Source: Flavobacteriales bacterium (GTDB taxonomy: Bacteria > Bacteroidota > Bacteroidia > Flavobacteriales > Schleiferiaceae). Taken from it: 64,000 bases of DNA. How positions within the stretch are numbered: the first letter of the stretch is position 1; each line of letters begins with the position of its first letter. Both the position numbers and the translations under genes were made by a program. Below the pieces are notes generated by a model, which made no database searches, had not been told where the DNA came from, and saw only the letters and a list, made by a program, of their open reading frames with translations. Positions 27,657-36,201 of this stretch are shown piece after piece. The stretch lies in contig NSIH01000002.1 in assembly GCA_002737315.1 (NCBI GenBank), positions 2,430-66,429 on the forward strand, read 5' to 3'.

Positions 27657-29455
27657 AGTTTCGATAGCCGTGCTGTTTGGCCGGAATCGCTGCGAAGCAG
27701 GTAGACGCCAGCCGGTAAATGACTGATATTTAGCTGCCAGGGCAGTGATGAATCAGGCCGCTGATCCTGAACTAATACCGTTCCCAAAGCACTCACTACC
27801 TCTAAATAAAGGCCGTTCCCCTCTACCCTTACCCAGTCTGCTGCGGGCTGCGGGTACAAACTCAGGCCCGCAGGCTGCTGCCGCGGGAGAATCGACAAAT
27901 CACTGGGAAGTCCGCGAAAAAAGGGCCTAAGGGCAAGAGCCCCATTGATCTGACTCGAGAACCAGGCGCCTGACTCGCCAAAAGCCTTGACGGCCTGAGT
28001 GTTTTGGTCCAGCCCGAGCACCGCCTTGGGCATGCCCTGGTCCGAATTAGAGCCCTCCATTACAACTCCAAGAAAGGCGTCTTTGGGCAGCACCAATCCC
28101 AGCGTGTCAAGTACATAGTGCCGGCCCAGCTGGCCCGCATAGTTCCAAGCCACCTCATAAAGGGAATCGCTTAAATAAATCGCATCGCCTGGGAAGCCCG
28201 ACGAGTCAACAGACCAGATTCCAAGCCGAAACTGCTCGCCCTCGCCCAATGGCCCGGCCGGAATCCATTCCAAGTCCATGCCGCGCAGCGTGTCGGACTG
28301 CAAAAAATAAAAGCGCTGTGCCCACCGAGGCTGACTGCCCTGAGCGACGCCGTAACCACGTTCCAGGCTGCCGTCGTCGACCACGTAGCGCTGGTCGCAC
28401 TCGATTCGCATACGCACGCTATCGTTGCTTCGGTCGCCTACGGACTCGCCATCAAACCAATAAGTCAGGTTCCATGCAAAGGGTCCGCTCGCTATGGTCT
28501 GAGGACGGTTCAAGGCCAGGTTGTAGGGGGTAGGAACGTTGTGCACGAGGTTCGAAACCACAGGGACGGTCAAGCGGCTTTGCAGCACCGAGCCCGCGTC
28601 GTCGGTCCAGAGCAGCTTGCCCAAGTTGAGCTGCCAGCCCCCGACGGGAACCAGGCCATTGCGGCGGTAGGGGCTGCGTACCGAGTCCCGCTCGAGCAGC
28701 ACTCGGTTGTAGTGAAACCAGGGAACTTCCCGGTAAACGTTAAGCAGGCGAGCCGGGGGCGAAATCCAGGACGGATCAAAAAGCAGCGTATCGGCAAGAC
28801 CCTGGGATGCGCTAAGCTCGAGGTAGTCCAGTAAAAAAACGTCAAAGGCACCCGAAGGCGCTCCACAGCGACCGATGCGCACTCGGGTAGCGGGCGAGGC
28901 TGCGGCAGCAGCCGGCAGCGCAAAGGAATGAGCCTTCCAAAGGTCCTCGGGCATTCCACCTATCAGCCGACCCATGGGCAGCCAGGCAGTATCTGCACTG
29001 CTCCAAGCCTGAACAACGAGGCTGTCACTGGGCTCGCAGGGATCGCCAAATCCGCCCTGCTGCAGCCTGAAACTCAATACGGCTCCCGCCGGAGCAGCAA
29101 ACCATGGACTCGTCAGCGCATCGCCAATAGTGTCGGTACTAAGGACTCCCGGCCGGTAGGCCGCCCCAGTGCCAGAGATTCCGTCAAAAACAGCAACACC
29201 GAGCGAGAGTGGATTCTTGGCCATCGTCTGGGAGCATACCACGCCTCGATTCTGCCAGTTAGCCGGAATCCGGTGGTCAAAACCCAGGCGCAAAGGCAGT
29301 GAAGCACTGTCAGAGGTAGTTTTAAAAGCGCGCTGGGCCGTCTGAGGGCCCGACCATGGGATAAGCGCATGCTCCGAGGTCTGCGCCGCGGCCCCAAACG
29401 TCAATAGCCATAAACCCAGAGCGCCAAAGGCACTGCGCCGCCCTACTTGACCCAT
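27653..29455 (-). CDS. secreted protein of unknown function with a T9SS C-terminal sorting domain
   Basis: 600 aa. Signal peptide (ALGLWLLTFGAAAQT). The last ~75 aa (LSLYPQPAADWVRVEG...LPAGVYLLRSDSGQTARLSKL) match the Por secretion tail pattern. The gene overlaps the PASTA gene by 13 nt and rluD by 4 nt. Confidence 0.7.
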   Translation of the reverse strand: MGQVGRRSAFGALGLWLLTFGAAAQTSEHALIPWSGPQTAQRAFKTTSDSASLPLRLGFDHRIPANWQNRGVVCSQTMAKNPLSLGVAVFDGISGTGAAYRPGVLSTDTIGDALTSPWFAAPAGAVLSFRLQQGGFGDPCEPSDSLVVQAWSSADTAWLPMGRLIGGMPEDLWKAHSFALPAAAAASPATRVRIGRCGAPSGAFDVFLLDYLELSASQGLADTLLFDPSWISPPARLLNVYREVPWFHYNRVLLERDSVRSPYRRNGLVPVGGWQLNLGKLLWTDDAGSVLQSRLTVPVVSNLVHNVPTPYNLALNRPQTIASGPFAWNLTYWFDGESVGDRSNDSVRMRIECDQRYVVDDGSLERGYGVAQGSQPRWAQRFYFLQSDTLRGMDLEWIPAGPLGEGEQFRLGIWSVDSSGFPGDAIYLSDSLYEVAWNYAGQLGRHYVLDTLGLVLPKDAFLGVVMEGSNSDQGMPKAVLGLDQNTQAVKAFGESGAWFSSQINGALALRPFFRGLPSDLSILPRQQPAGLSLYPQPAADWVRVEGNGLYLEVVSALGTVLVQDQRPDSSLPWQLNISHLPAGVYLLRSDSGQTARLSKL

Positions 29456-30216
29456 ACCCGCACCTTGGCTTGGACCGGCAAAGCCGGAGCTCCGTTGGAG
29501 CCGGAGGGACTCTGCGATTGCACCGCACCAAGTAGGCTGTCTCCCTCGGTCAACTCGATTCCCAGGCCCGAAAGCTGCAGCAAGGCCTTGGCCTCCCCGT
29601 AGCTTAGGCCAATCAAATCAGGAACGGCCTGGCTTAGGTTTCCGCCCCGCATACCCACCCGAAGGGTTAGGCTGGCGCCCTTGCGCACCCGGCTTCCGGC
29701 GGCTAGGATTCGCCCGTTGTATTCCACTTCGAGGACCAATCCGTCGGTAAGGTCAGGAACGTACTGAATTTCGGCAACATTTAAGCCGCGCGACCGCAGG
29801 TCCAGCTCCGCCCGAGCCAGAGTCCGCTCTAAAACGGCGGGCAGCAGCACTAATTCTGCGTTGAAACGATTAATGCTGAGCATGACTTCGCGCCCCTCTT
29901 TTACGACGGACCCTGCCACGGGATACTGCTCAAAGACTTCTTGCGGACGCAGTTCGCGGCGGTAGACCGAAGAGTCAAGCATGACGCCCTCGAGACCCTG
30001 GTCTTCTAACTTTTCAAGGGCGTCCTCAAGGCTCATGCCCCTTAGGTCGGGCACCTTAACTACCTCGCCGAAGCCCGTTATCCACTTCAGGACCGTTTGG
30101 GCAGAAATTCCGAGAATAATAAAAAATAGCAAGGCCAGCACGGCGTTCACCGCGAAGGTCTTGCTCTTAAGAAATAACCACCAATTGCCCATTGGCACAA
30201 AGGTAGGCCGAGGCAT
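29443..30216 (-). CDS. PASTA domain-containing membrane protein
   Basis: 257 aa with one N-terminal TM segment followed by three PASTA-like repeats (VPDLRGMSLEDA, LPAVLERTLARA, VPDLIGLSYGEA). The start may instead be the internal ATG at 30192. Confidence 0.75.
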   Translation of the reverse strand: MPRPTFVPMGNWWLFLKSKTFAVNAVLALLFFIILGISAQTVLKWITGFGEVVKVPDLRGMSLEDALEKLEDQGLEGVMLDSSVYRRELRPQEVFEQYPVAGSVVKEGREVMLSINRFNAELVLLPAVLERTLARAELDLRSRGLNVAEIQYVPDLTDGLVLEVEYNGRILAAGSRVRKGASLTLRVGMRGGNLSQAVPDLIGLSYGEAKALLQLSGLGIELTEGDSLLGAVQSQSPSGSNGAPALPVQAKVRVWVK

Positions 30217-30217
30217 C

Positions 30218-30225
30218 TATCTTTG
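30218..30225 (+). promoter_or_regulatory. -7 promoter box TATCTTTG, 4 nt before the ddl ATG
   Basis: Exact TAnnTTTG. The ATG is at 30230. Confidence 0.45.
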
Positions 30226-30229
30226 GCCC

Positions 30230-31252
30230 ATGCGTCCCTTAGTTGCTGTAGCCATGGGCGGCTACTCCAGTGAATTCGGCATCTCGCTCTTGAGCGGAAG
30301 CCACGTGCTTGACGCGCTTGATGCATCCCTATGCGAGGGCCTGCGGCTCGAACTGCGGCCCAATGAGGGCTGGAAGGTCTTCGACAGGGAGGGAAATTCG
30401 CTGCACTTCATCGAAGACCGTTGGACCGTTCGGCTCCCAGACGGAACCGAACGCCGCATCGACGCCGTGCTCAACCTCATTCACGGGCACCCTGGAGAAG
30501 ACGGAACCCTTGCAATGGCATGGGAACAAGCGGGCATAGCCTACTCGAGCTGCAGCCCCGCCGCCTCGGCCTTGACCTTTCACAAGTTCTGGACCAACGC
30601 CCTGGCCCAAAGGCTGGGTCTGCGGGTCATGCCCTCGGTGCACCTGCGCCGTGGTGGAGACGAGGCTGCTGTTCATGCCTTTCTGGCCGCGCAGGCCTAT
30701 CCCCTCTTTGTAAAGCCTTGCCGCAGCGGTTCAAGCTATGGCGTTTCTCGCATTACCGCGGCCGATCAGTGGGCCAAAGCCCGTGAAGTAGCCTGGAAGG
30801 AAGACGACGAACTCATTGTCGAACAGGGCGTGCTCGGAACCGAACTGGGCTGTGGCGCCATGGTCACCCCCGAGGGAGTTCGCATACTGGGCATCACCGA
30901 AATAGTCCCCAAAAAGGAGTTTTTTGACTTTGAAGCCAAGTACCTCGGTGCCTCCGAAGAAATTACCCCGGCCCGCATCCCCGAGGCTGCCGCCGAAGCC
31001 CTGCGCTTCGCCACCGTTCGCCTGATAGAGGGAATGGGCCTTCGCGGTTTTGTGCGCGCCGACTTCATTTTGCCCGCGGACGGAACCGACGCCGTACTCA
31101 TCGAGATCAATACGATACCCGGCATGAGCCCAGAAAGCATTGTTCCGCGCCAACTCGCCGCTGCAGGCATTTCGATGCAGCACTTTACCTCAGGCCTCGT
31201 TGAGGCAACCCTTAAAAGCCATGAAGACCGCGCTGTTCCCCGGATCTTTTGA
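30230..31252 (+). CDS. ddl: D-alanine--D-alanine ligase
   Basis: The N-terminus VAVAMGGYSSEFGISLLSG and ATP-grasp body are typical of Ddl. The ATG at 30230 was chosen inside the longer ORF 29981..31252 because it follows a -7 box. Confidence 0.85.
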   Translation: MRPLVAVAMGGYSSEFGISLLSGSHVLDALDASLCEGLRLELRPNEGWKVFDREGNSLHFIEDRWTVRLPDGTERRIDAVLNLIHGHPGEDGTLAMAWEQAGIAYSSCSPAASALTFHKFWTNALAQRLGLRVMPSVHLRRGGDEAAVHAFLAAQAYPLFVKPCRSGSSYGVSRITAADQWAKAREVAWKEDDELIVEQGVLGTELGCGAMVTPEGVRILGITEIVPKKEFFDFEAKYLGASEEITPARIPEAAAEALRFATVRLIEGMGLRGFVRADFILPADGTDAVLIEINTIPGMSPESIVPRQLAAAGISMQHFTSGLVEATLKSHEDRAVPRIF

Positions 31253-31682
31253 TCCCCTAACCCTCGGTCACGAGGATGTAGTTCGCCGTGCCGCAGCCCT
31301 ATTTGACCGCGTCGTGGTGGGAATCGGAGTGAATTCCAACAAAAAAAACATGTTCAGTCCCGAGCAGCGCATAGCCTGGATTGCGGCTGCCTTTGCCGAC
31401 CTGCCGCAGGTTGGGGTCGCTTGCTACCAAGGGCTTACCGTAGACTACGCCAAGTCCATCGGAGCCCAATACATCGTGCGCGGACTTCGCAATCCCGCTG
31501 ACTTTGAGTTTGAAAAAGCCATTGCGCAAACCAACCGAGAGCTTGAGCCCGGCATCGAGACCGTTTTTTTTCAGACCGGTGCGCGTTTTTCGCACATTGC
31601 TTCGAGCCATGTGCGCGAAATAATTCGGTACGGAGGCGACTACCGCTTGTTTGTACCCGCCGCGGTGCGCACCACCTCCTGA
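31221..31682 (+). CDS. coaD: phosphopantetheine adenylyltransferase
   Basis: 153 aa starting MKTALFPGSFDPLTLGHEDVV (nucleotidyltransferase T/HxGH motif). Overlaps the ddl end by 32 nt. Confidence 0.9.
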   Translation: MKTALFPGSFDPLTLGHEDVVRRAAALFDRVVVGIGVNSNKKNMFSPEQRIAWIAAAFADLPQVGVACYQGLTVDYAKSIGAQYIVRGLRNPADFEFEKAIAQTNRELEPGIETVFFQTGARFSHIASSHVREIIRYGGDYRLFVPAAVRTTS

Positions 31683-32071
31683 ATGGTCGAGTAGCTGTCT
31701 ATGGCAGCCTTCCGCCACTGCGGTTCGAGCATCCACTGCGCCGCCTCAATGCCTTCCTCCCGCTGCGGACTGACCTCGGGCCGACCCTCCACCTTCATGC
31801 GGAACCAATGCGTGGTTTTCACGAAGTGGGTTCCGTCAAGGGCATAACGGTGTACCGTTTCGCAGAGTTTTGCTCCGAGCGTGATGCCCGAAAGCCCGCA
31901 CTCTTCTTCGACCTCACGCAGGGCGCATTGGCCTAAATCTTCGCCTTTTTCTAGTTTGCCCTTGGGCAAATCCCACTGACCCAATCGGTGAATCCACAGG
32001 ACTTCTCCCTCGGAATTTTCAACCCAACCGCCCGCTGCCGTGATGGCTCGCTCGCTGTACTTTAGTGCCAT
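31640..32071 (-). CDS. NUDIX hydrolase
   Basis: Nudix box GKLEKGEDLGQCALREVEEECG. The internal ATG at 32071 (MALKYSERAITAAGGWV) gives a typical 143-aa protein. The longer ORF to 32221 would overlap pyrE by about 150 nt. Confidence 0.8.
   Translation of the reverse strand: MALKYSERAITAAGGWVENSEGEVLWIHRLGQWDLPKGKLEKGEDLGQCALREVEEECGLSGITLGAKLCETVHRYALDGTHFVKTTHWFRMKVEGRPEVSPQREEGIEAAQWMLEPQWRKAAIDSYSTIQEVVRTAAGTNKR
32058..32065 (+). promoter_or_regulatory. -7-like box TACTTTAG, 4 nt before the pyrE ATG (inside the NUDIX coding sequence)
   Basis: 7/8 fit to TAnnTTTG. The ATG is at 32070. Confidence 0.3.
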
Positions 32072-32723
32072 GAACCTTGATATTAAATCGGCCGAAACCC
32101 TCGCCGAACTTCTTCTGCAAATTAAAGCGGTTTCGCTGCGTCCCGACGAACCCTTTACCTGGGCCTCTGGCCTCAAGTCGCCCATATACTGCGACAACCG
32201 CGTTACCCTTTCGCATCCCAAGGTGCGAACCTATTTATACGAGCAAATGGCCCGCTTGATCCACAGGGAGTTCCCTGATGCAGAAGTCATTGCGGGCGTT
32301 GCAACGGGGGCCATCGCCCTGGCGGCACTCGTCGCTCAAGAACTTGACATTCCTATGGTTTATGTGCGGTCGGCCGCCAAAGAGCACGGTCGCCAGAACC
32401 TAATCGAGGGCGAACTGCCTCATAATGCCCGAGTAGTGGTCATCGAAGACCTTGTATCTACCGGTAAGTCCTCCCTGCAAGCCGTCGATGCCCTTAGGGA
32501 GGCCGGCGCTCAGGTTTTGGGGATGACCGCGATTTTTACCTATGGCTTTCCTGCCGCAAGCGCTGCCTTTTCGGAGGCCAACTGCCTGCTTCACACCCTC
32601 AGCGACTACGACCACCTGCTCAAGGCCGCTCTTTCTCGCGGAACCCTCACTCCATTAGAACTAAAGGCTCTGGAAGGCTGGCGCCTCGATCCTAAAAAAT
32701 GGAGCGATCAGTTCAGCCACTAG
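32070..32723 (+). CDS. pyrE: orotate phosphoribosyltransferase
   Basis: MNLDIKSAETLAELLLQIKAVSLRPDEPFTWASGLKSPIYCDNR and the PRPP-binding loop VVVIEDLVSTGKS. ATG at 32070. Confidence 0.9.
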   Translation: MNLDIKSAETLAELLLQIKAVSLRPDEPFTWASGLKSPIYCDNRVTLSHPKVRTYLYEQMARLIHREFPDAEVIAGVATGAIALAALVAQELDIPMVYVRSAAKEHGRQNLIEGELPHNARVVVIEDLVSTGKSSLQAVDALREAGAQVLGMTAIFTYGFPAASAAFSEANCLLHTLSDYDHLLKAALSRGTLTPLELKALEGWRLDPKKWSDQFSH

Positions 32724-32771
32724 GGACGGAGTTTGCTAAGGGCTAAAAGGGAGGTCAGGGCGCTTAAAGCG

Positions 32772-33512
32772 TCAGGAATTCTCAGGAGATTCAGGACTGA
32801 TTGACCATTCCAGTTCTTTGTGGCCCACCCATCGCAGGCCTCCCTGCAGGAGCTCGAGCCCCAGCCGGCCATCGGGAGACAGCTGGCGCGGAGTGGCCTG
32901 CAGGAGCTCGCCCGATGCATTATCCTTAAAGGTGCCCAAAACCTGCCAGCCCATAAGATGCGAGGTGTAGCGGTCCAGTACGTCTGAGGGCAGGGGGGCA
33001 TCGAGTGCCTTAGTCAGCATTTCGGCCGTTTGCTCCACCAAGCCCTCGAGGGAGAGTCCGGCTAAAAATGCGCAGCCCTCGGGCGCTGCCTGCACGTTCA
33101 AGCCCAAGCCCAAAAACCAGCGAGTGCATCGGTTTTGCTGCCAGTAGGCTTCGGTAAAAAATCCGCCAAGCTTAAGCCCATGGAGGTAGAGGTCGTTGGG
33201 CCACTTGAGCTGGGCCTTGTAGCCGAGCGACTGCAGCCACTCCACAATCACGAGGGAGGCCTGAGCGTGGCGCACGAAAACGAAGGCCGAAGACCACTGC
33301 AGTTCAGGGCTAACAAGGGTCATTAGCAGGCTTGATCCGGGAACGTCGGTCCAGGTCGTTCCCCCACTGCCCTGACCTTGGCTTTGAGAATCTGCCGAAA
33401 TGGCAGTCCATCCGAGGGGATTCCACTGCTCGGGATTCGCATGCGCCCAGGCCTGGGTAGAAGGAACTTTACCCAATACCACGTGCTTTAGTGTGCTTCC
33501 TTGGCCATACAT
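32772..33512 (-). CDS. birA: biotin--[acetyl-CoA-carboxylase] ligase
   Basis: BPL motifs (SQGQGSGGTTW in place of GRGRxGRxW, and KWPNDLYL). The ORF extends to 33551, but the ATG at 33512 is preceded by a -7-like box with a 4-nt spacer. Confidence 0.75.
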   Translation of the reverse strand: MYGQGSTLKHVVLGKVPSTQAWAHANPEQWNPLGWTAISADSQSQGQGSGGTTWTDVPGSSLLMTLVSPELQWSSAFVFVRHAQASLVIVEWLQSLGYKAQLKWPNDLYLHGLKLGGFFTEAYWQQNRCTRWFLGLGLNVQAAPEGCAFLAGLSLEGLVEQTAEMLTKALDAPLPSDVLDRYTSHLMGWQVLGTFKDNASGELLQATPRQLSPDGRLGLELLQGGLRWVGHKELEWSISPESPENS

Positions 33513-33516
33513 GGGG

Positions 33517-33524
33517 CAAAAATG
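33517..33524 (-). promoter_or_regulatory. -7-like box CATTTTTG, 4 nt before the proposed birA ATG
   Basis: The minus strand reads CATTTTTG-CCCC-ATG, with the ATG at 33512. 7/8 fit. Confidence 0.25.
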
Positions 33525-33589
33525 CGAAGAATTCGGCCACAATTGCGGCATGAAGTCTATTTGGCATTTTAATTGCCTAAGTTGCCCGG

Positions 33590-33597
33590 TACTTTTG
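33590..33597 (+). promoter_or_regulatory. -7 promoter box TACTTTTG, 4 nt before the rsfS ATG
   Basis: Exact TAnnTTTG. The ATG is at 33602. Confidence 0.45.
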
Positions 33598-33601
33598 CTG
33601 C

Positions 33602-33988
33602 ATGAAAACTTCGTTTGCCCAACTTCCTCCCACTGTTCTCAGCGCCATCGAAGGCGTGAGCGATATTAAAGGTGAAAACCTTGTCTTACTGGACCTTCGC
33701 GGGCTCGACAACGCAGTATGCGACTTTTTTATTATAGCGGAGGCTCTTTCGGGAACGCAGGTAAGCGCCATGGCAGAATCAGTTCGCAAGCGGGTCCGTG
33801 AGGAAGCCGACGACCGTCCCTGGCACGTGGAGGGATCCCAGCAGTCGGAGTGGATTCTCATGGACTATGTGAGCACCGTGGTTCACCTCTTTCAGCGCGA
33901 ATCCCGCGCCTTTTATGACCTCGACGGCCTTTGGGCCGACGGCGTCAAGATTGAGTTGCCGAAACAATACCTTATTGATCCTGTTTAA
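33602..33988 (+). CDS. rsfS: ribosome silencing factor
   Basis: 128 aa, iojap/RsfS-like (CDFFIIAEALSGTQV, WILMDYVSTVVHLF). It sits upstream of ftsH, as is usual. Confidence 0.85.
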   Translation: MKTSFAQLPPTVLSAIEGVSDIKGENLVLLDLRGLDNAVCDFFIIAEALSGTQVSAMAESVRKRVREEADDRPWHVEGSQQSEWILMDYVSTVVHLFQRESRAFYDLDGLWADGVKIELPKQYLIDPV

Positions 33989-33995
33989 AATCTAG

Positions 33996-36146
33996 ATGAG
34001 CAAAAAAAATACCGCACCCAAGCCGGAGCCAAGTCCCAAGGGCGCAAGTCCCAAGGGTGGGCTTCCCAAATTCAACTTTAGCTGGATCTACATTGCCGTT
34101 TTTATCGGACTCCTCGCGCTGCAGTTTGCTCAAAGCAGGCTGGGCAACCAAACGCTGCCTTCGAACTTTAACGACCTGAGCGAGCGCATCGAGCGCGGCC
34201 ACATCGATAGGGTTAAAGTGGTCAATGGCAAAGAGGTTTTTGTATTTGTCAACGCAGACAGTTTGGCGACCTTGACCGAGTACGAAGAACTCGCCAAAAC
34301 CACGGTCGGCGATGCCGTCAATGAGGGTCCGCACTTTGTTTTTGAAATGCCCGTAGAATCCTTTGACCGCGCAATGGAGCGTTTTTATGACCAGCGACCC
34401 AACACCGTCGAGGTAAGTGTGGAGTACAAAGACGAGCCCAACTACTGGGGTGAAGCCTTGTCATGGATCATGCCTCTCCTAATTTTTGCGGCGCTCTGGT
34501 TCTTTTTAATGCGCCGCATGGGCGGAGGCGGATCCGGCGGGCCTGGTGGCCAAATCTTCAATATCGGTAAGAGCCGTGCACAGATGTTCGATGCCGACAG
34601 TGCGGTAAAAGTCACCTTTAAAGACGTTGCTGGCCTTGACGGCGCCAAAGACGAGGTTCTTGAAGTCGTGGACTTTCTCAAAAACCCCAAGAAGTACACT
34701 GACCTGGGAGGCAAAATCCCTAAAGGCGTGCTGCTTAGTGGCCCTCCGGGGACCGGCAAAACCTTGCTTGCCAAGGCTGTGGCAGGCGAAGCCCAAGTGC
34801 CATTCTTCTCTCTGAGTGGATCCGACTTCGTAGAAATGTTTGTTGGCGTTGGCGCAAGCCGAGTGCGTGACTTGTTCAAGCAGGCCAAAGAGAAGTCTCC
34901 GAGCATCATTTTTATCGACGAGATTGATGCCATCGGGCGAGCCCGCGGCAAGAATGCATTCAGCGGCGGGAACGACGAGCGCGAAAATACCCTAAACCAG
35001 CTTCTTACGGAGATGGATGGTTTTGGCACCAACGAGCACGTCATTGTGATGGGTGCCACCAACCGCGCCGATATTTTGGACCGAGCACTGATGCGTGCAG
35101 GCCGTTTTGACCGCATTATCTATGTAGACCTTCCGGAGGTTAGCGAGCGTATTGAAATTTTTAAGGTGCACCTGCGCCCCCTCAAGCTAGGCGGCAATGT
35201 TGACGTTGAATTTCTCGCTCGCCAGACGCCAGGGTTCAGTGGAGCTGACATTGCCAACGTCTGCAACGAAGCGGCCCTTGTCGCAGCGCGCAAAGACAAA
35301 AAAGTAATCGAAAAGCAGGACTTTCTCGACGCCGTAGACCGCATTGTAGGTGGGCTCGAGAAGAAATCCAAGATCATAACTCCTGAAGAGAAAGAGATCA
35401 TCGCCTACCACGAGTCGGGCCACGCCACTGTGAGCTGGCTCCTGGAGCACGCCTCGCCCCTGGTTAAGGTGACCATTGTTCCGCGCGGACGTTCCCTTGG
35501 TGCCGCCTGGTACCTCCCCGAGGAGCGCCAGCTGACCTCTAAGGAGCAGATGCTCGACGAGATGTGCGCCACTATGGGCGGACGGGCCGCAGAAGAAGTA
35601 GTCTTCGGACGCATCACCACGGGCGCCTTGAGCGACCTCGAGAAGGTTACCAAGCAAGCAAGAGCCATGGTCTCGGTCTACGGACTCAACGAGCGCCTGG
35701 GCAACATTACCTACTACGATTCCTCGGGTCAAAACGAATACCAATTTGATAAGCCCTATTCAGAGCGGACTGCAGAAATCATTGACGAAGAGATTAGCAA
35801 GCTCATTGAGGGCCAGTACGAACGCGCCAAAGACTTGCTTCGCGGCAACCGCGACAAACTCGAGGCCCTCGCCAAGGAGCTGTTGAGCAAGGAAGTCATC
35901 TTTAGGGACAACCTCGTTGCCATTTTTGGGGAGCGCATTTGGATGAGTCGCGAAGACCGCCTAAAAGCATTGGCTGAATCCACTGCTCCTGCTGAAGCTT
36001 TGGAGGCTGCAGAAGGCATTAGTACTAGTGATTCGGAAGTTTCTGCTGCCGAGCCCACCGCAGTAGCAAGCCAAGAAGTTAGCCCCTCGAAGCCCGCCCC
36101 TGAGGAGCCATTGACCCCGCCAGAGAGCCTTAAGAGCGGTTCTTGA
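33996..36146 (+). CDS. ftsH: ATP-dependent zinc metalloprotease FtsH
   Basis: 716 aa with Walker [18 protein letters not shown], the second region of homology, and the zinc motif HESGHA. Confidence 0.95.
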   Translation: MSKKNTAPKPEPSPKGASPKGGLPKFNFSWIYIAVFIGLLALQFAQSRLGNQTLPSNFNDLSERIERGHIDRVKVVNGKEVFVFVNADSLATLTEYEELAKTTVGDAVNEGPHFVFEMPVESFDRAMERFYDQRPNTVEVSVEYKDEPNYWGEALSWIMPLLIFAALWFFLMRRMGGGGSGGPGGQIFNIGKSRAQMFDADSAVKVTFKDVAGLDGAKDEVLEVVDFLKNPKKYTDLGGKIPKGVLLSGPPGTGKTLLAKAVAGEAQVPFFSLSGSDFVEMFVGVGASRVRDLFKQAKEKSPSIIFIDEIDAIGRARGKNAFSGGNDERENTLNQLLTEMDGFGTNEHVIVMGATNRADILDRALMRAGRFDRIIYVDLPEVSERIEIFKVHLRPLKLGGNVDVEFLARQTPGFSGADIANVCNEAALVAARKDKKVIEKQDFLDAVDRIVGGLEKKSKIITPEEKEIIAYHESGHATVSWLLEHASPLVKVTIVPRGRSLGAAWYLPEERQLTSKEQMLDEMCATMGGRAAEEVVFGRITTGALSDLEKVTKQARAMVSVYGLNERLGNITYYDSSGQNEYQFDKPYSERTAEIIDEEISKLIEGQYERAKDLLRGNRDKLEALAKELLSKEVIFRDNLVAIFGERIWMSREDRLKALAESTAPAEALEAAEGISTSDSEVSAAEPTAVASQEVSPSKPAPEEPLTPPESLKSGS

Positions 36147-36201
36147 TAAGTAGCGACTAGGTCGAGGCAGCCGAAGAATTTATAGTGTAATTTTACACCC
36201 T

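Noticed and set aside
34442-35116. 224-aa antisense ORF inside ftsH. Similar antisense ORFs occur at 48725-49396, 50067-50705, 18291-18881, 57652-58209, 58489-59055 and 60624-61172.
   Set aside because: All lie opposite strongly supported genes and have low-complexity, Arg-rich translations. I treat them as GC-driven artefacts.
36144-36201. Stop-rich spacer after ftsH (TGATAAGTAGCGACTAGG), and TAATTAATAG after the ABC permease (8377-8389), considered as further members of the heptamer family
   Set aside because: They share only the general stop-codon and CTAG richness. They do not share the 16-nt core or the 7-nt periodicity. They may reflect the same selective pressure but are not demonstrable copies.
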